This document shows positions 18,330-28,781 of a DNA stretch of 64,000 bases, one piece after another (the first letter of the stretch is position 1; each line of letters begins with the position of its first letter). The notes under the pieces were generated by a model. It had not been told where the DNA came from. It saw only the letters and a program-made list of their open reading frames with translations, and searched no databases. A program made the translations under genes and the position numbers. Source of the stretch: a virus; IMG/VR virus record IMGVR_UViG_3300023242_000001, positions 12,296-76,295 of that record. One strand, written 5' to 3'.

Positions 18330-18679
18330 CTCCCACCCCCAGAAAGCAGCAGGCCCTCAAGGCCGATCGCATGCTGAGCGCGCTGCTGCGCACCCCCAAG
18401 ACAAGGGCGGGCCTGATCGCCGCCGTCACCGGCAAGAGCGTGAGCCGCCACTTCGTCTTCGGGTGGTTGGCGCAGAGGGTCGCATCGGGAGAGGTCGCGG
18501 TGCACAAAAGCTCGCGCACCCCAACCTACCAACTCAGCACGTTCCTGAGCGTCGAGCCCACAGCAGAGGGCAGCTACCCGGCGTGGCTTGAGCCACGCAC
18601 CCTGCCCTATGCCGGGCAGCGCCGCGTGTTCACCGCCGGCACCCAAGTCAACATGAAAGAGGAACAGAAATGCGATTGA
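18326..18679 (+). CDS. Hypothetical basic protein, possibly winged helix
   Basis: ATGA overlap; basic helical N-terminus. Confidence 0.5.
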   Translation: MTPTPRKQQALKADRMLSALLRTPKTRAGLIAAVTGKSVSRHFVFGWLAQRVASGEVAVHKSSRTPTYQLSTFLSVEPTAEGSYPAWLEPRTLPYAGQRRVFTAGTQVNMKEEQKCD

Positions 18680-21600
18680 TCATAGATGCCAACAGTTTGC
18701 TCAATGAGGCCCTGCTCAGGGGCGAGGACAAAGAGTTCGGCCGCGTCATCACCGGCGCGGACGGCAAGCAGGTCCAGGTCAACAGCGCCGGCTACGGCTT
18801 CGAAGGTTTCTTCGACAAGTACGTCGCGGCGTTGGGGGAGTTCGGCCTGCAGCCCATCAACACCATCGTCGTGTGGGACGGCGCCAACGCCAAGCAGATG
18901 CGCCGCAACTACCTGGCAGGCTACAAGCTGGGGCGCGACAAGGCGCCCGAGGTCAGCGAGCAGCTGAACCTTGCCCGTGACATGGTCACCAAAGCCCTGT
19001 ACCACCTCGGCGCCACCGTGGTGCAGCAGCCACGCATGGAGGCAGACGACGTGATCGGCTACCTTTGCCGGCACCTGCGAGGCGAGCGCAACACCGTCGT
19101 CACTTCCGACGGCGATCTGTGCGTGCTGCACGACGACAACACCGACGTCTGGCGCCTGAAGGAGCTGAACAAGAACCCGTGCGGCCCGTTCCCCCACCGC
19201 TACATCACCCACTACAAGGCCCTGGTCGGTGACACCTCCGACAAGATCCCGGGCGCCAAGGGCTTCGGCGACGCAGCCTTCATCCAGTTCGTCGCCACCT
19301 TCGGCCTGGAGGGCCTGGACGAGATGCAGCGCATGATCGAGGCAGGCACCCTGCACGAGCTTGCCGAGAGCCTGGCGGACATGCCCAAGCTGAGGACGGT
19401 GCTGGAGAACAAAGACACCGTCACCGCATCCTGGGTCGTGGCCCGCCTGCACATCGACGAGGTCAACACGATGCGCGCGCCGCTGCAGATCACGCCCGGC
19501 ATGGTGACGCAGTGGGCCGACGTGCCAGAAGAACTGCGGGTGCACGACCTGCGCATGAAGTACGGCACCAAGACCCTGGTCACCGCGTCCAACTACGAGG
19601 TCGTGGTGGCCCGCCTGCCCAAGGGCATCCACGCCGCGCCCTTTGTCGCGCTGGACATCGAGACCGCCGAGGGCGAGGAGTCCGACGAGTGGATCGACCG
19701 CATGAAGGCCGCCACCGAGTCCGATCGTGAGCGCATCGATGTGCTGGGCCACGAGCTGTGCGGCATGTCGCTCACCTTCGGCGACAACCTGCAGCACACG
19801 GTCTACATGGCCGTGAACCACAAGGACAGCGACAACATCACGGTCGACCAGTGCCGCGCCGTGGTCGAGCTGATCCCCCAGACCAAGCACATCGTCATCC
19901 AGAACCGCAACTTCGAGTTCTCGGTGTTGTACCGCACCTGGGGTGACAAGTGGGCCGACAACGGCTGGAGCGGCTTCATCCCCAACGCGCTGGACACCAA
20001 GATCGGTGCCAGCTACGTCGACGAGAACCACCCCAAAGGCCTGAAGCACCGCTCCAAGCTGCACCTGGGCTACGAGCAGCAGACCTTCGAGAAGGTCACC
20101 ACGGTGAGCGGTCCCCTGGGCACGCTCACCGGTGGGCGCTTCGTTCGGGAATACGACCAGGTCATCGACACCATGCCCAACGGCGTGGACGCTGACGGCG
20201 TGGTGCAGTTCCTGGAGACCACCCAGCGCTGGGAGGACCGCCGCCACAAGATGGACGCACTCACCGCCGAGCACGTCTTCGACTACGGCTGCGACGACAC
20301 CATCTGCACCGCCGCGCTGCACCACTACTACAAGCTGGTGATGGAGATCGAGGGCACCTGGGACACCTACCTCGAAGTCGAGACGCTCCCCGAGTACCTC
20401 ACCACGCTTGCCTTTGTTCAGGGCGTGCCGATCTCGCTGCCCAAGCTGCGCGAGATGGAACTGAAGGACGACGAGCGCTACGCCGACGGCTGGGGGGTGA
20501 TGCGGGCCTACCTCATGGCCAAGGGTTGGGAAGGCACTGTGCGCCCCGAGTTCGAGGCGCCCCTTGAGCCTTCCGACGTCAAGCTGGCAGCCAGCGTGCT
20601 GCTGGACGCAGAGTTCACCACCAAGAAGCGCAAGCTCAACGCAATGGCGTTTGACATGCGCGAGCAGTTTCCCGACAACGCCACGGCCAGCGTGCTTGCC
20701 GCCGCTGTCGAGCAGGGTGATGTGGACGCGATCAACCGGATGATCAAGGACAACTTCACTGGCGAGCCCAAGATCAACTTCGGGTCCCCGAAACAGATCC
20801 AGAACCTGCTGTATCACGTCGTCGGCGCGGTGCCCCGCATCGTCAACAAGATGACGGACAAGCAGCGCGAAACGAACGAAGACATGAAGGAGGCGTTCAA
20901 CAAGATGCGCCGGGCGCGCGACCTCAAAGTCGACCTGTTCTCGATCACGGAACCTGTGAGCGGCAAAGACTCCCGGGGCAAGTCGGTGACTTTGAGGCCA
21001 CTGCTGGACGAGGAGCGCGAGGCGCTCATCAGCAAGGCCTCCACCGACGACTCGGCCGTGGCCTACGCCCTGGCCAAGGACAGCCTCGGTGACGAGGAGC
21101 GCGCTGTGCTCACCGCATTCGGCGCCATCAAGTCGGTGATGACGCGTCGCAGCCTTTTCTACAAGACCTACAAGGTCATCGGGCACTGGCGCGACGGGCG
21201 CATCCACTCGTCGCTGAACCAGTCCGAGGCGGTGACGCGGCGCTACTCGTCCAGCGCCCCGAACGTGCAGCAGCTGCCTTCGCGGGGCGAGGGCGCCGAG
21301 TTTCGCGAGATCATTTTGCCGCACCACAAGAATGCCGTTGTCGTGGCGTGTGACTTCAGTGGACAGGAGCTGCGCAACCTTGCCGAGCAGAGCGGCGACG
21401 CCGCGCTGACCGCTTGCTACGTGGGCGACAACCTGCTTGATGTGCACAGCCTGACCGCGGTGCAAGCTTCGCTCTACCTGTGGGACGCCCCGGTGACCTA
21501 CGACGAGTTCCTGGCCATGCTGGCCTCCGAGAACAAGGACGCCAAGACCAAGGCCAAGGAGCTGCGCGGCTCCAGCAAGACGGTGAACTTCGCGTCCCAG

Positions 21601-22164
21601 TACGGGGCGCAGGCGATGAACATCGCGCAGCAGCTGATGGTCGACGAGGAGACCGCCCAGAACTTCCTGAACGCGAAGGACAAGGCGTTCCCGGGCATCG
21701 AGGTCTGGAAGAAGGTGGTCGAGGATCGGACGGCCGAGGTTGGCTACGCGGTGTCGATGATGGGTGCGCGGCGCCACCTGCAGGCTCCGCTGAACTCCGA
21801 AAACAGTTGGGAGCGCGCAGCGGCCGCCCGCCAAGCCAGCAACCACTACATCCAGGCCAGTTGCGCCGAGCAGAGCAAACTGGCCATGGCCTCGATGTGG
21901 CGCGCCGGGCTGTTCACCGGCAGGTTCGACGCTTGCTTCTACTTCCCGGTCCACGACGAATGCGTGGCCTCGGTCCACAAGGATCAGGCAGTGGAGTTCA
22001 CCAAGTTGTTCCATGCCTGCATGGTCCAGCCCTACGCCGGGATGAAGATCCCGATCGTCTCGTCGATCGAGATCGGGCGCAACTTCGGCAACCTGATCGA
22101 GGTCGGCGAAGTGCCCGACGAGCAGAAAATTCAGGAGGCCATCAACAAGGTTTTCGCGGTATAG
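18670..22164 (+). CDS. polA: Family A DNA polymerase with 5'-3' and 3'-5' exonuclease domains
   Basis: 5' nuclease EADDVIG and GDTSDKIPG; 3' exo LDIET and YGCDD; polymerase SSSAPNVQQ, DFSGQELR, KTVNFASQYG and VHDE. Confidence 0.95.
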   Translation: MRLIIDANSLLNEALLRGEDKEFGRVITGADGKQVQVNSAGYGFEGFFDKYVAALGEFGLQPINTIVVWDGANAKQMRRNYLAGYKLGRDKAPEVSEQLNLARDMVTKALYHLGATVVQQPRMEADDVIGYLCRHLRGERNTVVTSDGDLCVLHDDNTDVWRLKELNKNPCGPFPHRYITHYKALVGDTSDKIPGAKGFGDAAFIQFVATFGLEGLDEMQRMIEAGTLHELAESLADMPKLRTVLENKDTVTASWVVARLHIDEVNTMRAPLQITPGMVTQWADVPEELRVHDLRMKYGTKTLVTASNYEVVVARLPKGIHAAPFVALDIETAEGEESDEWIDRMKAATESDRERIDVLGHELCGMSLTFGDNLQHTVYMAVNHKDSDNITVDQCRAVVELIPQTKHIVIQNRNFEFSVLYRTWGDKWADNGWSGFIPNALDTKIGASYVDENHPKGLKHRSKLHLGYEQQTFEKVTTVSGPLGTLTGGRFVREYDQVIDTMPNGVDADGVVQFLETTQRWEDRRHKMDALTAEHVFDYGCDDTICTAALHHYYKLVMEIEGTWDTYLEVETLPEYLTTLAFVQGVPISLPKLREMELKDDERYADGWGVMRAYLMAKGWEGTVRPEFEAPLEPSDVKLAASVLLDAEFTTKKRKLNAMAFDMREQFPDNATASVLAAAVEQGDVDAINRMIKDNFTGEPKINFGSPKQIQNLLYHVVGAVPRIVNKMTDKQRETNEDMKEAFNKMRRARDLKVDLFSITEPVSGKDSRGKSVTLRPLLDEEREALISKASTDDSAVAYALAKDSLGDEERAVLTAFGAIKSVMTRRSLFYKTYKVIGHWRDGRIHSSLNQSEAVTRRYSSSAPNVQQLPSRGEGAEFREIILPHHKNAVVVACDFSGQELRNLAEQSGDAALTACYVGDNLLDVHSLTAVQASLYLWDAPVTYDEFLAMLASENKDAKTKAKELRGSSKTVNFASQYGAQAMNIAQQLMVDEETAQNFLNAKDKAFPGIEVWKKVVEDRTAEVGYAVSMMGARRHLQAPLNSENSWERAAAARQASNHYIQASCAEQSKLAMASMWRAGLFTGRFDACFYFPVHDECVASVHKDQAVEFTKLFHACMVQPYAGMKIPIVSSIEIGRNFGNLIEVGEVPDEQKIQEAINKVFAV

Positions 22165-22171
22165 TGCCAGC

Positions 22172-22195
22172 CCTCACCGACAAAGATCGGTGAGC
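22172..22195 (+). other. Hairpin immediately after polA
   Basis: CTCACCGA-CAAAGA-TCGGTGAG; no U-tract. Confidence 0.5.
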
Positions 22196-22233
22196 GGTCC
22201 CGATAGAACAACAATAAAAACCGAGGGCATGCG

Positions 22234-22497
22234 ATGGACATCCACGCAAAAAAGCAGGGGCGCCCGCCTCTGGGTACGGGCGAACTCGCCCCCGACAAAG
22301 TCAAGGGCCTTTGGCGGCTCATCAAGCACAACGAAGCCAGCACCAGTCAAGACCGGCGCTGGCTTTGCATTTGCGAGTGCGGCAGCACCCGCTGGGTCAA
22401 AGAGCAAGCGCTCAGACACAACCAGTCCCGCTCATGCGGCTGCACCCGAGTCAAGGTGCTTGCAGCGTCGCTGAGCCAAGCCAGCGGCTGGAGGTGA
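22234..22497 (+). CDS. HNH-endonuclease N-terminal-type Zn module without a nuclease domain (possible remnant)
   Basis: WLCICECG...SRSCGC resembles the N-terminus of 23228..23872. Confidence 0.55.
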   Translation: MDIHAKKQGRPPLGTGELAPDKVKGLWRLIKHNEASTSQDRRWLCICECGSTRWVKEQALRHNQSRSCGCTRVKVLAASLSQASGWR

Positions 22498-22500
22498 CCC

Positions 22501-22989
22501 ATGGTCACTTTCAAGCGCACAGGCAACAAGGCCAACCGGGGCAAGCCCACCGAGGATGCCGTCGCGAAAGCGCTGGCCACTTGGCAGGGCCAGCGCATGG
22601 ACCGCGAGTTCAACCGGCTGGTCGACAGCAAGGCAGCGGGCCGGATCATCAAGGCGGCGGCGGCGGACTTCGAGTTCTTCATCAACGATTTTGACGACCA
22701 GTACTCCCTGCAGGCGCACCACGGCCTGATCGAGGCGAAAGAGACCGAGCACGAGTTTCGGATTGCCCGCCCCAAGATCACGCAGCTCCCTGCGATGCGC
22801 CGCAGGCGCCTCTCTGGCGGCAGGTGCTTCGTGGTGGTCTACCACAGCACGATCAAGAGGTACCGCGCAGTGTCAGTCCGATGGCTTGACGCCAACGGCG
22901 ACAAAGGCTCCTGGAACCTGGAGCCGATCCCCACCTTCGAGACCCCGATCGAGGCCCTGAACTGGGCAAGTTCGGGGCTGTTCGCATGA
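22501..22989 (+). CDS. RecU-like / PD-(D/E)xK Holliday junction resolvase
   Basis: E...ADF...LIEAKET pattern. Confidence 0.65.
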   Translation: MVTFKRTGNKANRGKPTEDAVAKALATWQGQRMDREFNRLVDSKAAGRIIKAAAADFEFFINDFDDQYSLQAHHGLIEAKETEHEFRIARPKITQLPAMRRRRLSGGRCFVVVYHSTIKRYRAVSVRWLDANGDKGSWNLEPIPTFETPIEALNWASSGLFA

Positions 22990-23231
22990 AGGAGCGCCAC
23001 TGCGCCTACTGCCGCAACATCCGCCCCGACGAGGGTTTTCGCAGGGTCTTATCTGCTGTCGACACCTCGGTGCGCTACATGTGCCCCGGGTGCCAAGACC
23101 GCCGCAAGCTGCCCCGCGCAAAGCTTGTCGAGATGGCCCAGGTGGAAACAGAAGAACGCCGCGCTGCCGCCTCGGCGGCGGCCGCGCTGGCGGCTCGAGA
23201 AACATTTGAAAGGAAAAGGAACCTGACATGA
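22986..23231 (+). CDS. Small zinc-ribbon protein
   Basis: CAYC...CPGC. Confidence 0.55.
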   Translation: MKERHCAYCRNIRPDEGFRRVLSAVDTSVRYMCPGCQDRRKLPRAKLVEMAQVETEERRAAASAAAALAARETFERKRNLT

Positions 23232-23872
23232 CGAAACGAACACTGGAGAACCTAGATGGGGCTGTTTTCGGGGCGTGGACAGTGCTGGCGCGCGTGCCAG
23301 GTCTTTCGACGAGGTGCTCGGCCGTGTGTCGGTGCGGGACGCTCAGGCAGGTGCGGGTCCAGGACCTTCGTAAGGGGGCTAGCCGCTCCTGTGGGTGCCG
23401 GGGAGCTGCGGGTAAGTCGCACGACGCGGGTGCTGACCTGCGCAGGACTCACGGCAAAGACCACGGAGACAAGGTCTACCGAACTTGGAGAAACGCCAAG
23501 ACCCGGGTCTCTAACCCCCGCAACCCGAAGCACGAGAGCTACGGAGCGAGGGGAATAGACATGGACCCCACGTGGTTCAACTCCTTCGAGGCATTTCTTG
23601 CCGGGGTTGGGGAGCCACCAGGGCCCGACCTTTCGTTGGACCGCATTGAAAACGATCGGGGCTACTGGCCTGGGAACGTGCGGTGGGCAACGGGGCTGGA
23701 GCAGGCGCGCAACAAGCGCACAACCAGGAGACTTGAGTACCTGGGGGAGCTAAGGCCCCTGGTTGTTTGGTGTGAAGAACTAGGGGTCGGCTACAAGCAG
23801 GCCTGCTACAGGTTCAGCCTGGGCCTCAGCCCTCACGAAATTTTATTTGGAAGGGGCTCAAAGTGCTCGTAA
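23228..23872 (+). CDS. HNH-type homing endonuclease
   Basis: CRCG...SCGC, YGARGI and SLDRIENDRGYWPGNVRWAT...QARN; codon usage differs from neighbours. Confidence 0.85.
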   Translation: MTKRTLENLDGAVFGAWTVLARVPGLSTRCSAVCRCGTLRQVRVQDLRKGASRSCGCRGAAGKSHDAGADLRRTHGKDHGDKVYRTWRNAKTRVSNPRNPKHESYGARGIDMDPTWFNSFEAFLAGVGEPPGPDLSLDRIENDRGYWPGNVRWATGLEQARNKRTTRRLEYLGELRPLVVWCEELGVGYKQACYRFSLGLSPHEILFGRGSKCS

Positions 23873-24930
23873 TCTCAGACACACACATCGGCGTCATCCG
23901 CAGCGGGGGCACCACCCACACGAGCGCCGAGCAGGTCAGGGAGTACCTGCTGCAGAAGTTCGCCGAGCACCTGCTGCTGGCCGACGAGGTGCTCATAAAC
24001 GGCGACCTCTTTGATACCTACAGCATCCCGCTGATTGACCTATTCAGGACCCATCAGATCATCTCTGACTGGCTGGCTGCGGGGGACCGGCGCGTCCACC
24101 TTGTTCCAGGCAACCACTGTCTGAGCAAGAACAGCGAGAACCTGTCCAGCTTCGAGCTCATGGCCCGGCTGCTACAGGCGCGCTTTGGGGAACGGGTGCG
24201 CTACCTGCAGGGCGGCTGTCAAGTCAAGGAGGGCATCTACGTGATCAGCCACGTCAGGAACCAAGACATCTTTGACCATGAGCTCACGCAGGTGCCCGAA
24301 GGCATGAAGTACCTGCTGCTGCACTGCAATTTCGACTCACCCTTCGCCTGCGACGCCGACAACTCCCTGAATTTATCCCGTGAGCAGGCCAAGGCACTCA
24401 AGGCCCGGGGCATCACGATGGTGCTGGGCCACGAGCACCAGGGTCGTGAGCTACTGGGCGGCAGCGTGATCATCGTAGGCAATCAGGTGCCCTCAAGTGT
24501 TTCGGATTGCATGTCTCACGGCGACGGCCAGCGAGCGGGCACCAAGCGCGCGCTGATCCTTGAGGACGGTGGGCACCGGTTCACCCAAACCTGGTCCGTC
24601 GACGACGAGGACGGCTGGTTCGCCCGGGTCGACTGGAAGGAACTGGCCGAGGTCATCGAGGAGGGCCGCGGCTTCATCCGTGTCGAAGGTGAGGCCACCC
24701 GCGACGAGGCCCCCGCTGTCGTGCGCGCCATTGCCGCGTTTCGTCAGCGCAGCCAGTCCTTCGTCGTCACCAACGCCGTGCACATCGAGCAGGCCGAGGG
24801 CTTGGGGGATCTGGAAGACAGCATCGAAGACGTCCGCACCGTGGACATCATGGCGCTTTTGCTGGAACAACTTGATGAGCGCGAGAGCGCCATCGTACGG
24901 GCCTTGTTGGCCGAGAAGGAAATGACTTGA
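23863..24930 (+). CDS. SbcD/Mre11-like metallophosphoesterase nuclease
   Basis: SDTH, NGDLFD, GNH, LLH and GHEH motifs. Confidence 0.85.
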   Translation: MLVISDTHIGVIRSGGTTHTSAEQVREYLLQKFAEHLLLADEVLINGDLFDTYSIPLIDLFRTHQIISDWLAAGDRRVHLVPGNHCLSKNSENLSSFELMARLLQARFGERVRYLQGGCQVKEGIYVISHVRNQDIFDHELTQVPEGMKYLLLHCNFDSPFACDADNSLNLSREQAKALKARGITMVLGHEHQGRELLGGSVIIVGNQVPSSVSDCMSHGDGQRAGTKRALILEDGGHRFTQTWSVDDEDGWFARVDWKELAEVIEEGRGFIRVEGEATRDEAPAVVRAIAAFRQRSQSFVVTNAVHIEQAEGLGDLEDSIEDVRTVDIMALLLEQLDERESAIVRALLAEKEMT

Positions 24931-25727
24931 ACTACGACTACCAATACGAAATCGCCCTCAACAACATCATGGACCACGGCGACGACCGTGGTGACCGCAC
25001 AGGCACAGGCACGCGAGGCCTGTTCGGCATGCAGCTGAGATGGGACCTTGCCGAGGGCTTCCCCCTCATCACGACGAAGAAGGTATTCATGCGGGGGCTC
25101 GTCGAGGAGCTGCTGTGGATGCTGCGGGGTTGCACCAACAACCACGAGCTCGTGGCCAAGGGCGTGCACATCTGGGACGCCTGGTCCGACATGTTTGGCA
25201 ATCTCGGCCCTATCTACGGCGCGCAGTGGCGCTCGTGGAAGGGCAGCGACGGCGAGGTGATCGACCAGATCTCCTGGGTGATCAACGAAATCAAAGCCAA
25301 CCCGAACAGCCGCCGCCTCGTTGTGAGCGCGTGGAATGTTGCGGACCTGCCCAAGATGGCGCTGGCGCCTTGCCACTGCCTGTTCCAGTTCTTCGTGTCC
25401 AAGGGCAAGCTCAGCTGCCAGCTCTACCAGCGAAGCGCTGACATGTTCCTGGGGGTGCCCTTCAACATCGCCAGTTACGCGTTGCTCACCCACATGGTGG
25501 CGCAGCAGTGTGGCCTGCAAGTCGGGCAATTCGTCTGGACCGGCGGCGACTGCCACATCTACAGCAACCACCACGAGCAGGTGAGGGAGCAGCTGAGCAG
25601 GCAGGGCAGCCCGTACCCAACCCTCGCCCTTCGCCCTGCGGCGTCAATCTTCGACTACTCGTTCGAGGACGTGCTGCTCGGAGGGTACAACCCACAACCC
25701 GCCATCGCCGCGCCGGTGGCCATCTGA
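24927..25727 (+). CDS. thyA: Thymidylate synthase
   Basis: [35 protein letters not shown] and HIY motifs. Confidence 0.97.
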   Translation: MNYDYQYEIALNNIMDHGDDRGDRTGTGTRGLFGMQLRWDLAEGFPLITTKKVFMRGLVEELLWMLRGCTNNHELVAKGVHIWDAWSDMFGNLGPIYGAQWRSWKGSDGEVIDQISWVINEIKANPNSRRLVVSAWNVADLPKMALAPCHCLFQFFVSKGKLSCQLYQRSADMFLGVPFNIASYALLTHMVAQQCGLQVGQFVWTGGDCHIYSNHHEQVREQLSRQGSPYPTLALRPAASIFDYSFEDVLLGGYNPQPAIAAPVAI

Positions 25728-25736
25728 TTGAACGAC

Positions 25737-27869
25737 ATGATCAAGACCCTGAAACTCACCAACTTCCGCCAGCACGAAAGCCGCACCGTCAACTTCGGCG
25801 CCGGCCTGTCAGTGTTGCGCGGACGCAACGAAATCGGCAAGACCAGCGTGGCCGAGTCCATCGGCTACGCCCTGTTCGGCGCCAAGGCGCTGCGCGACAC
25901 GCTCGACGGCGTGGTCACCTGGGGCGAGCCCACCGGCTCCCTCAAGGTCGAGCTCACGCTGGACATCGAGGGCGTCGAGTACCTCGTCAAGCGCGGCAAG
26001 TCCGGCGCCGAGATCGTCTACGCCGGCGGCAGCGTCACCGGCCAGACCGAGGTCACCAACTTCGCTGCCAAGCTGCTGCGCGTGGACGCCGCCGCCGCCG
26101 CCAAACTCACCATGGCGTCCCAGGGCGAAATCCGCGGCGCGCTGGAAGCAGGCACCAAGGCCACCACCGAACTGATCGAGCGACTTGCCGAGTTCAGCCA
26201 GCTCGACGACCTGATCGAGTTGATCCAGGAGAAGCTCCCACTGGGCAGTGCGGTCGGCGCCGAGAGCGCGATCGCCCAGCTGGAGAGCGACCTTGTCGAC
26301 GCGCAGGCCGAGGCGGTGGAGCCTGACCTGGCTGGCATGCCCGAGCGGATCCTGAAGTTGGCCGCTGGCGTTGTCGGCGCCGAGAAGGCTGCGGCCCGCT
26401 TGGAGACAGCCTACCAGGCGGCGCAGGTGGCGCTGGAAGCAGGCCAGGCTACCGTGGCAGCCCGCGAGCGCCTGGAGGGCAACCTGGCCAGCGCCAAGCG
26501 CGTCGCCGAGCGCTTCCAGGTTGACCGGGAAGACGCTCGATCCGCAGCCAACCAGCGCGCCGCGTTTGCCGAGAGCCAGGAGGCCCTGGAGAAGGAGGCT
26601 CAGCAGTTGAGCCGCGCGCCTGAAGCGCTCGCCGAATTGAAGCGCGCGCAGCCGTTGCTGGTGCGCTACGCGGGTGAACGTGTGGCCGGGTCGCTCACCG
26701 CGCTGCGCGCCGCCGCCGCCGCCGCCGCCTGTGCAGTGGTCAACCACACCCAGCATATCTCAGACATTCGAGTGGCCCTGGCCAGCCTCGCAAGCCAGCT
26801 CTCCAGTGGCACCTGCGGCTTCTGTGGCCAGGACTTCAGCGATTTGCCCGAGGTGGCCAAGAAGAACGCCCAGGTGCAGGTGGAGATTGCGGCGCAGGAG
26901 TCAGACTTCGACCTGCACACGTCCGCGCAGACCGAGCAGAAGGCAGAGGCCGCGAGGCTCCAGGACCTCGTGAAACTCAGCGCAGCGCTGGACTTCCCGC
27001 TGCCCCAGTGCGTGGAGCGCGAGGATGACTTGTTGCCCCCACACTTTCGCTGGACGGGCTTGAGCGAGGAGTCGCTGACAAAGGCGAAGGACAGGCTCGC
27101 CGAAATCGCCACCACGCTCGCAGCCATGGCGAAGACCAGGCGCCAGGAGCAGCTTGCCCAGGATCGGTATGCCGAGATCAACGCGCGCGCCGACGGCGTG
27201 ATGGCAGCGGTCCGAACTGCTGAAGACGAGCTGCACGACGCCCCAACCGCTGACGTCGAGGGCCTGCGCACCGCGCGCGACAGCCTGCGCACCGAGAGCC
27301 GCGACGCCGAGCGCGCGGTGAGCGAGGCCAAGTCCGAGGCGGCCCGCGTGCAGGCCGAGATGGTCAGCCTGCAGCAGCGCTACACAGCCGCGCTGGCGCG
27401 CGTCGATCGCGTCAAGGCTCACATCGCCCAGCGCAAGCTGGAGGTCGCCGCTTTGGCGCTCAACAACGGGCTGCTGAAGAAGGTGCGCGCCGCGCGCCCG
27501 GTGATCGCAGACAAGCTCTGGAACATCGTGCTGAGCGCCGTCGGCGGGTACTTCAGCGAGATCCGGGGCGAGAAGTCCAGGGTGGGCAAAGACAGCGACG
27601 GCTTCAAGGTGGATGGCCACCCGATCACGTCGTTGTCGGGCTCCACCAAAGACGCCCTCGGCCTTGCCATCCGCGTGGCGCTGGTCAAAACCTTCCTGCC
27701 CAACACACCGTTCTTGCTGCTCGACGAGCCGTGCGCAGCGATGGACGAGAACCGCACCGGCAACCTGCTGGGCTTCGTGGCGTCCTGCGGCTTCACGCAG
27801 GTGATCGCCGCCACTCACGACCAGCTGAGCGCCAGCTTCGCTGATCACGTCATTCAACTGGGAGATTGA
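25737..27869 (+). CDS. SbcC/Rad50-like SMC ATPase
   Basis: GRNEIGKT, coiled coil with CGFC zinc hook, LSGS signature and LLLDEP. Confidence 0.9.
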   Translation: MIKTLKLTNFRQHESRTVNFGAGLSVLRGRNEIGKTSVAESIGYALFGAKALRDTLDGVVTWGEPTGSLKVELTLDIEGVEYLVKRGKSGAEIVYAGGSVTGQTEVTNFAAKLLRVDAAAAAKLTMASQGEIRGALEAGTKATTELIERLAEFSQLDDLIELIQEKLPLGSAVGAESAIAQLESDLVDAQAEAVEPDLAGMPERILKLAAGVVGAEKAAARLETAYQAAQVALEAGQATVAARERLEGNLASAKRVAERFQVDREDARSAANQRAAFAESQEALEKEAQQLSRAPEALAELKRAQPLLVRYAGERVAGSLTALRAAAAAAACAVVNHTQHISDIRVALASLASQLSSGTCGFCGQDFSDLPEVAKKNAQVQVEIAAQESDFDLHTSAQTEQKAEAARLQDLVKLSAALDFPLPQCVEREDDLLPPHFRWTGLSEESLTKAKDRLAEIATTLAAMAKTRRQEQLAQDRYAEINARADGVMAAVRTAEDELHDAPTADVEGLRTARDSLRTESRDAERAVSEAKSEAARVQAEMVSLQQRYTAALARVDRVKAHIAQRKLEVAALALNNGLLKKVRAARPVIADKLWNIVLSAVGGYFSEIRGEKSRVGKDSDGFKVDGHPITSLSGSTKDALGLAIRVALVKTFLPNTPFLLLDEPCAAMDENRTGNLLGFVASCGFTQVIAATHDQLSASFADHVIQLGD

Positions 27870-28108
27870 AGATGAGCAACGAAGAGAAAACCGGAGATTT
27901 CGTACCGAAGTCGCCAGCGTGGACCACTGGCGAGTTGGGTGCTGCCCGGCTTCAACTGGAGGCCGACATCCGCACTCTGCTGAAGGATTTCAGGCGCGAG
28001 TTTGGCCTCACCCCGACATCGGTCGATGTCGACACCTTTGTGGAAGCCCGCGCCTCGGGTGTGCGCTTCACCCACCTGGGGAACGTGAAGGTGGAGGTGT
28101 CGCTGTGA
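27866..28108 (+). CDS. Hypothetical protein
   Basis: GGAG SD; coupled overlap. Confidence 0.55.
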   Translation: MKMSNEEKTGDFVPKSPAWTTGELGAARLQLEADIRTLLKDFRREFGLTPTSVDVDTFVEARASGVRFTHLGNVKVEVSL

Positions 28109-28302
28109 GCAACAACACACTGGCACTTTTTGTGGCATCGGCCACCATCATTTGCGTCTGCAGCGCCGCGCTCGCTTACTGGAGCACGGGGCTGGTAAGG
28201 GATTTCGTGAAAACGGTAATTGAGAACAACGAGCGGGAGATCCTGGCGAGGGACAACTACATCAACGAGTTGAAAGATACTTTGCGGAGACTGGGCAAGT
28301 GA
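28105..28302 (+). CDS. Small membrane protein
   Basis: GTG start after GGAGG; one TM segment. Confidence 0.5.
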   Translation: MSNNTLALFVASATIICVCSAALAYWSTGLVRDFVKTVIENNEREILARDNYINELKDTLRRLGK

Positions 28303-28532
28303 CGGCGCCCGTCATTGACATCTACCTTGACGGCAAGCGGTTTGCCATGCGTACCACCTGGCACCACGTCCCCCGCGTGGGCGACACCCTTCTGCTGCGA
28401 GACGGTGAAGTTTGGGGTGAGGTCGTTACGGTGATCTGGGGCGACGACACGGCCCGCGACTCGGCGCACCTGGAGCGCCAGTGGGTCCAGATCCTGTGCA
28501 TGTCGGTTGAACCTGTCGGAGGTAAGTCGTGA
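28299..28532 (+). CDS. Hypothetical protein
   Basis: GTGA overlap. Confidence 0.55.
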   Translation: MTAPVIDIYLDGKRFAMRTTWHHVPRVGDTLLLRDGEVWGEVVTVIWGDDTARDSAHLERQWVQILCMSVEPVGGKS

Positions 28533-28732
28533 GCAACCTCCTCGCCCTTCTCGACAAGGCCCCTGACCACACCTGGCTGATCCTCACCCTTGCCTGGATC
28601 GCCTTTGTCCTGGTGGTGGCGCTGGCCCACGACCTGCTCCACCAGCTTGTCTCGGCGGCTGCCAGCCGCCTGCGTTACGGGCCCATTTCACGCCCAGAAA
28701 AGAACCCGGTACCTCCCCGCCCACCAGTGTAA
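28529..28732 (+). CDS. Small membrane protein
   Basis: GGAGG SD; one TM segment. Confidence 0.5.
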   Translation: MSNLLALLDKAPDHTWLILTLAWIAFVLVVALAHDLLHQLVSAAASRLRYGPISRPEKNPVPPRPPV

Positions 28733-28742
28733 GTGGCGGGAA

Positions 28743-28763
28743 AACAACAACAACAACAACAAC
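28743..28763 (+). repeat. (AAC)7 tract upstream of the xis-like gene
   Basis: Seen directly; enclosed by the stem GGCGGG/CCCGTC. Confidence 0.9.
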
Positions 28764-28781
28764 AAGAACGGAACACCCGTC

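Noticed and set aside
20095-20250. Intein or intron in PolA
   Set aside because: The apparent insertion lacks C/S...HN splice motifs and the frame is uninterrupted.
18607-22014. 1135-aa antisense ORF, and similar long shadow ORFs (6034..7398, 8349..9581, 4245..5444, 32178..33635)
   Set aside because: They lie antisense to well-supported genes. High GC3 suppresses stops on the opposite strand, and they show no motifs or RBS.
24927-25727. Base-hypermodification enzyme (dCMP/dUMP hydroxymethylase)
   Set aside because: It has canonical bacterial-type ThyA motifs including the dUMP-specific Asn, and no glycosyltransferase, PurZ or 7-deazaguanine genes were recognised.
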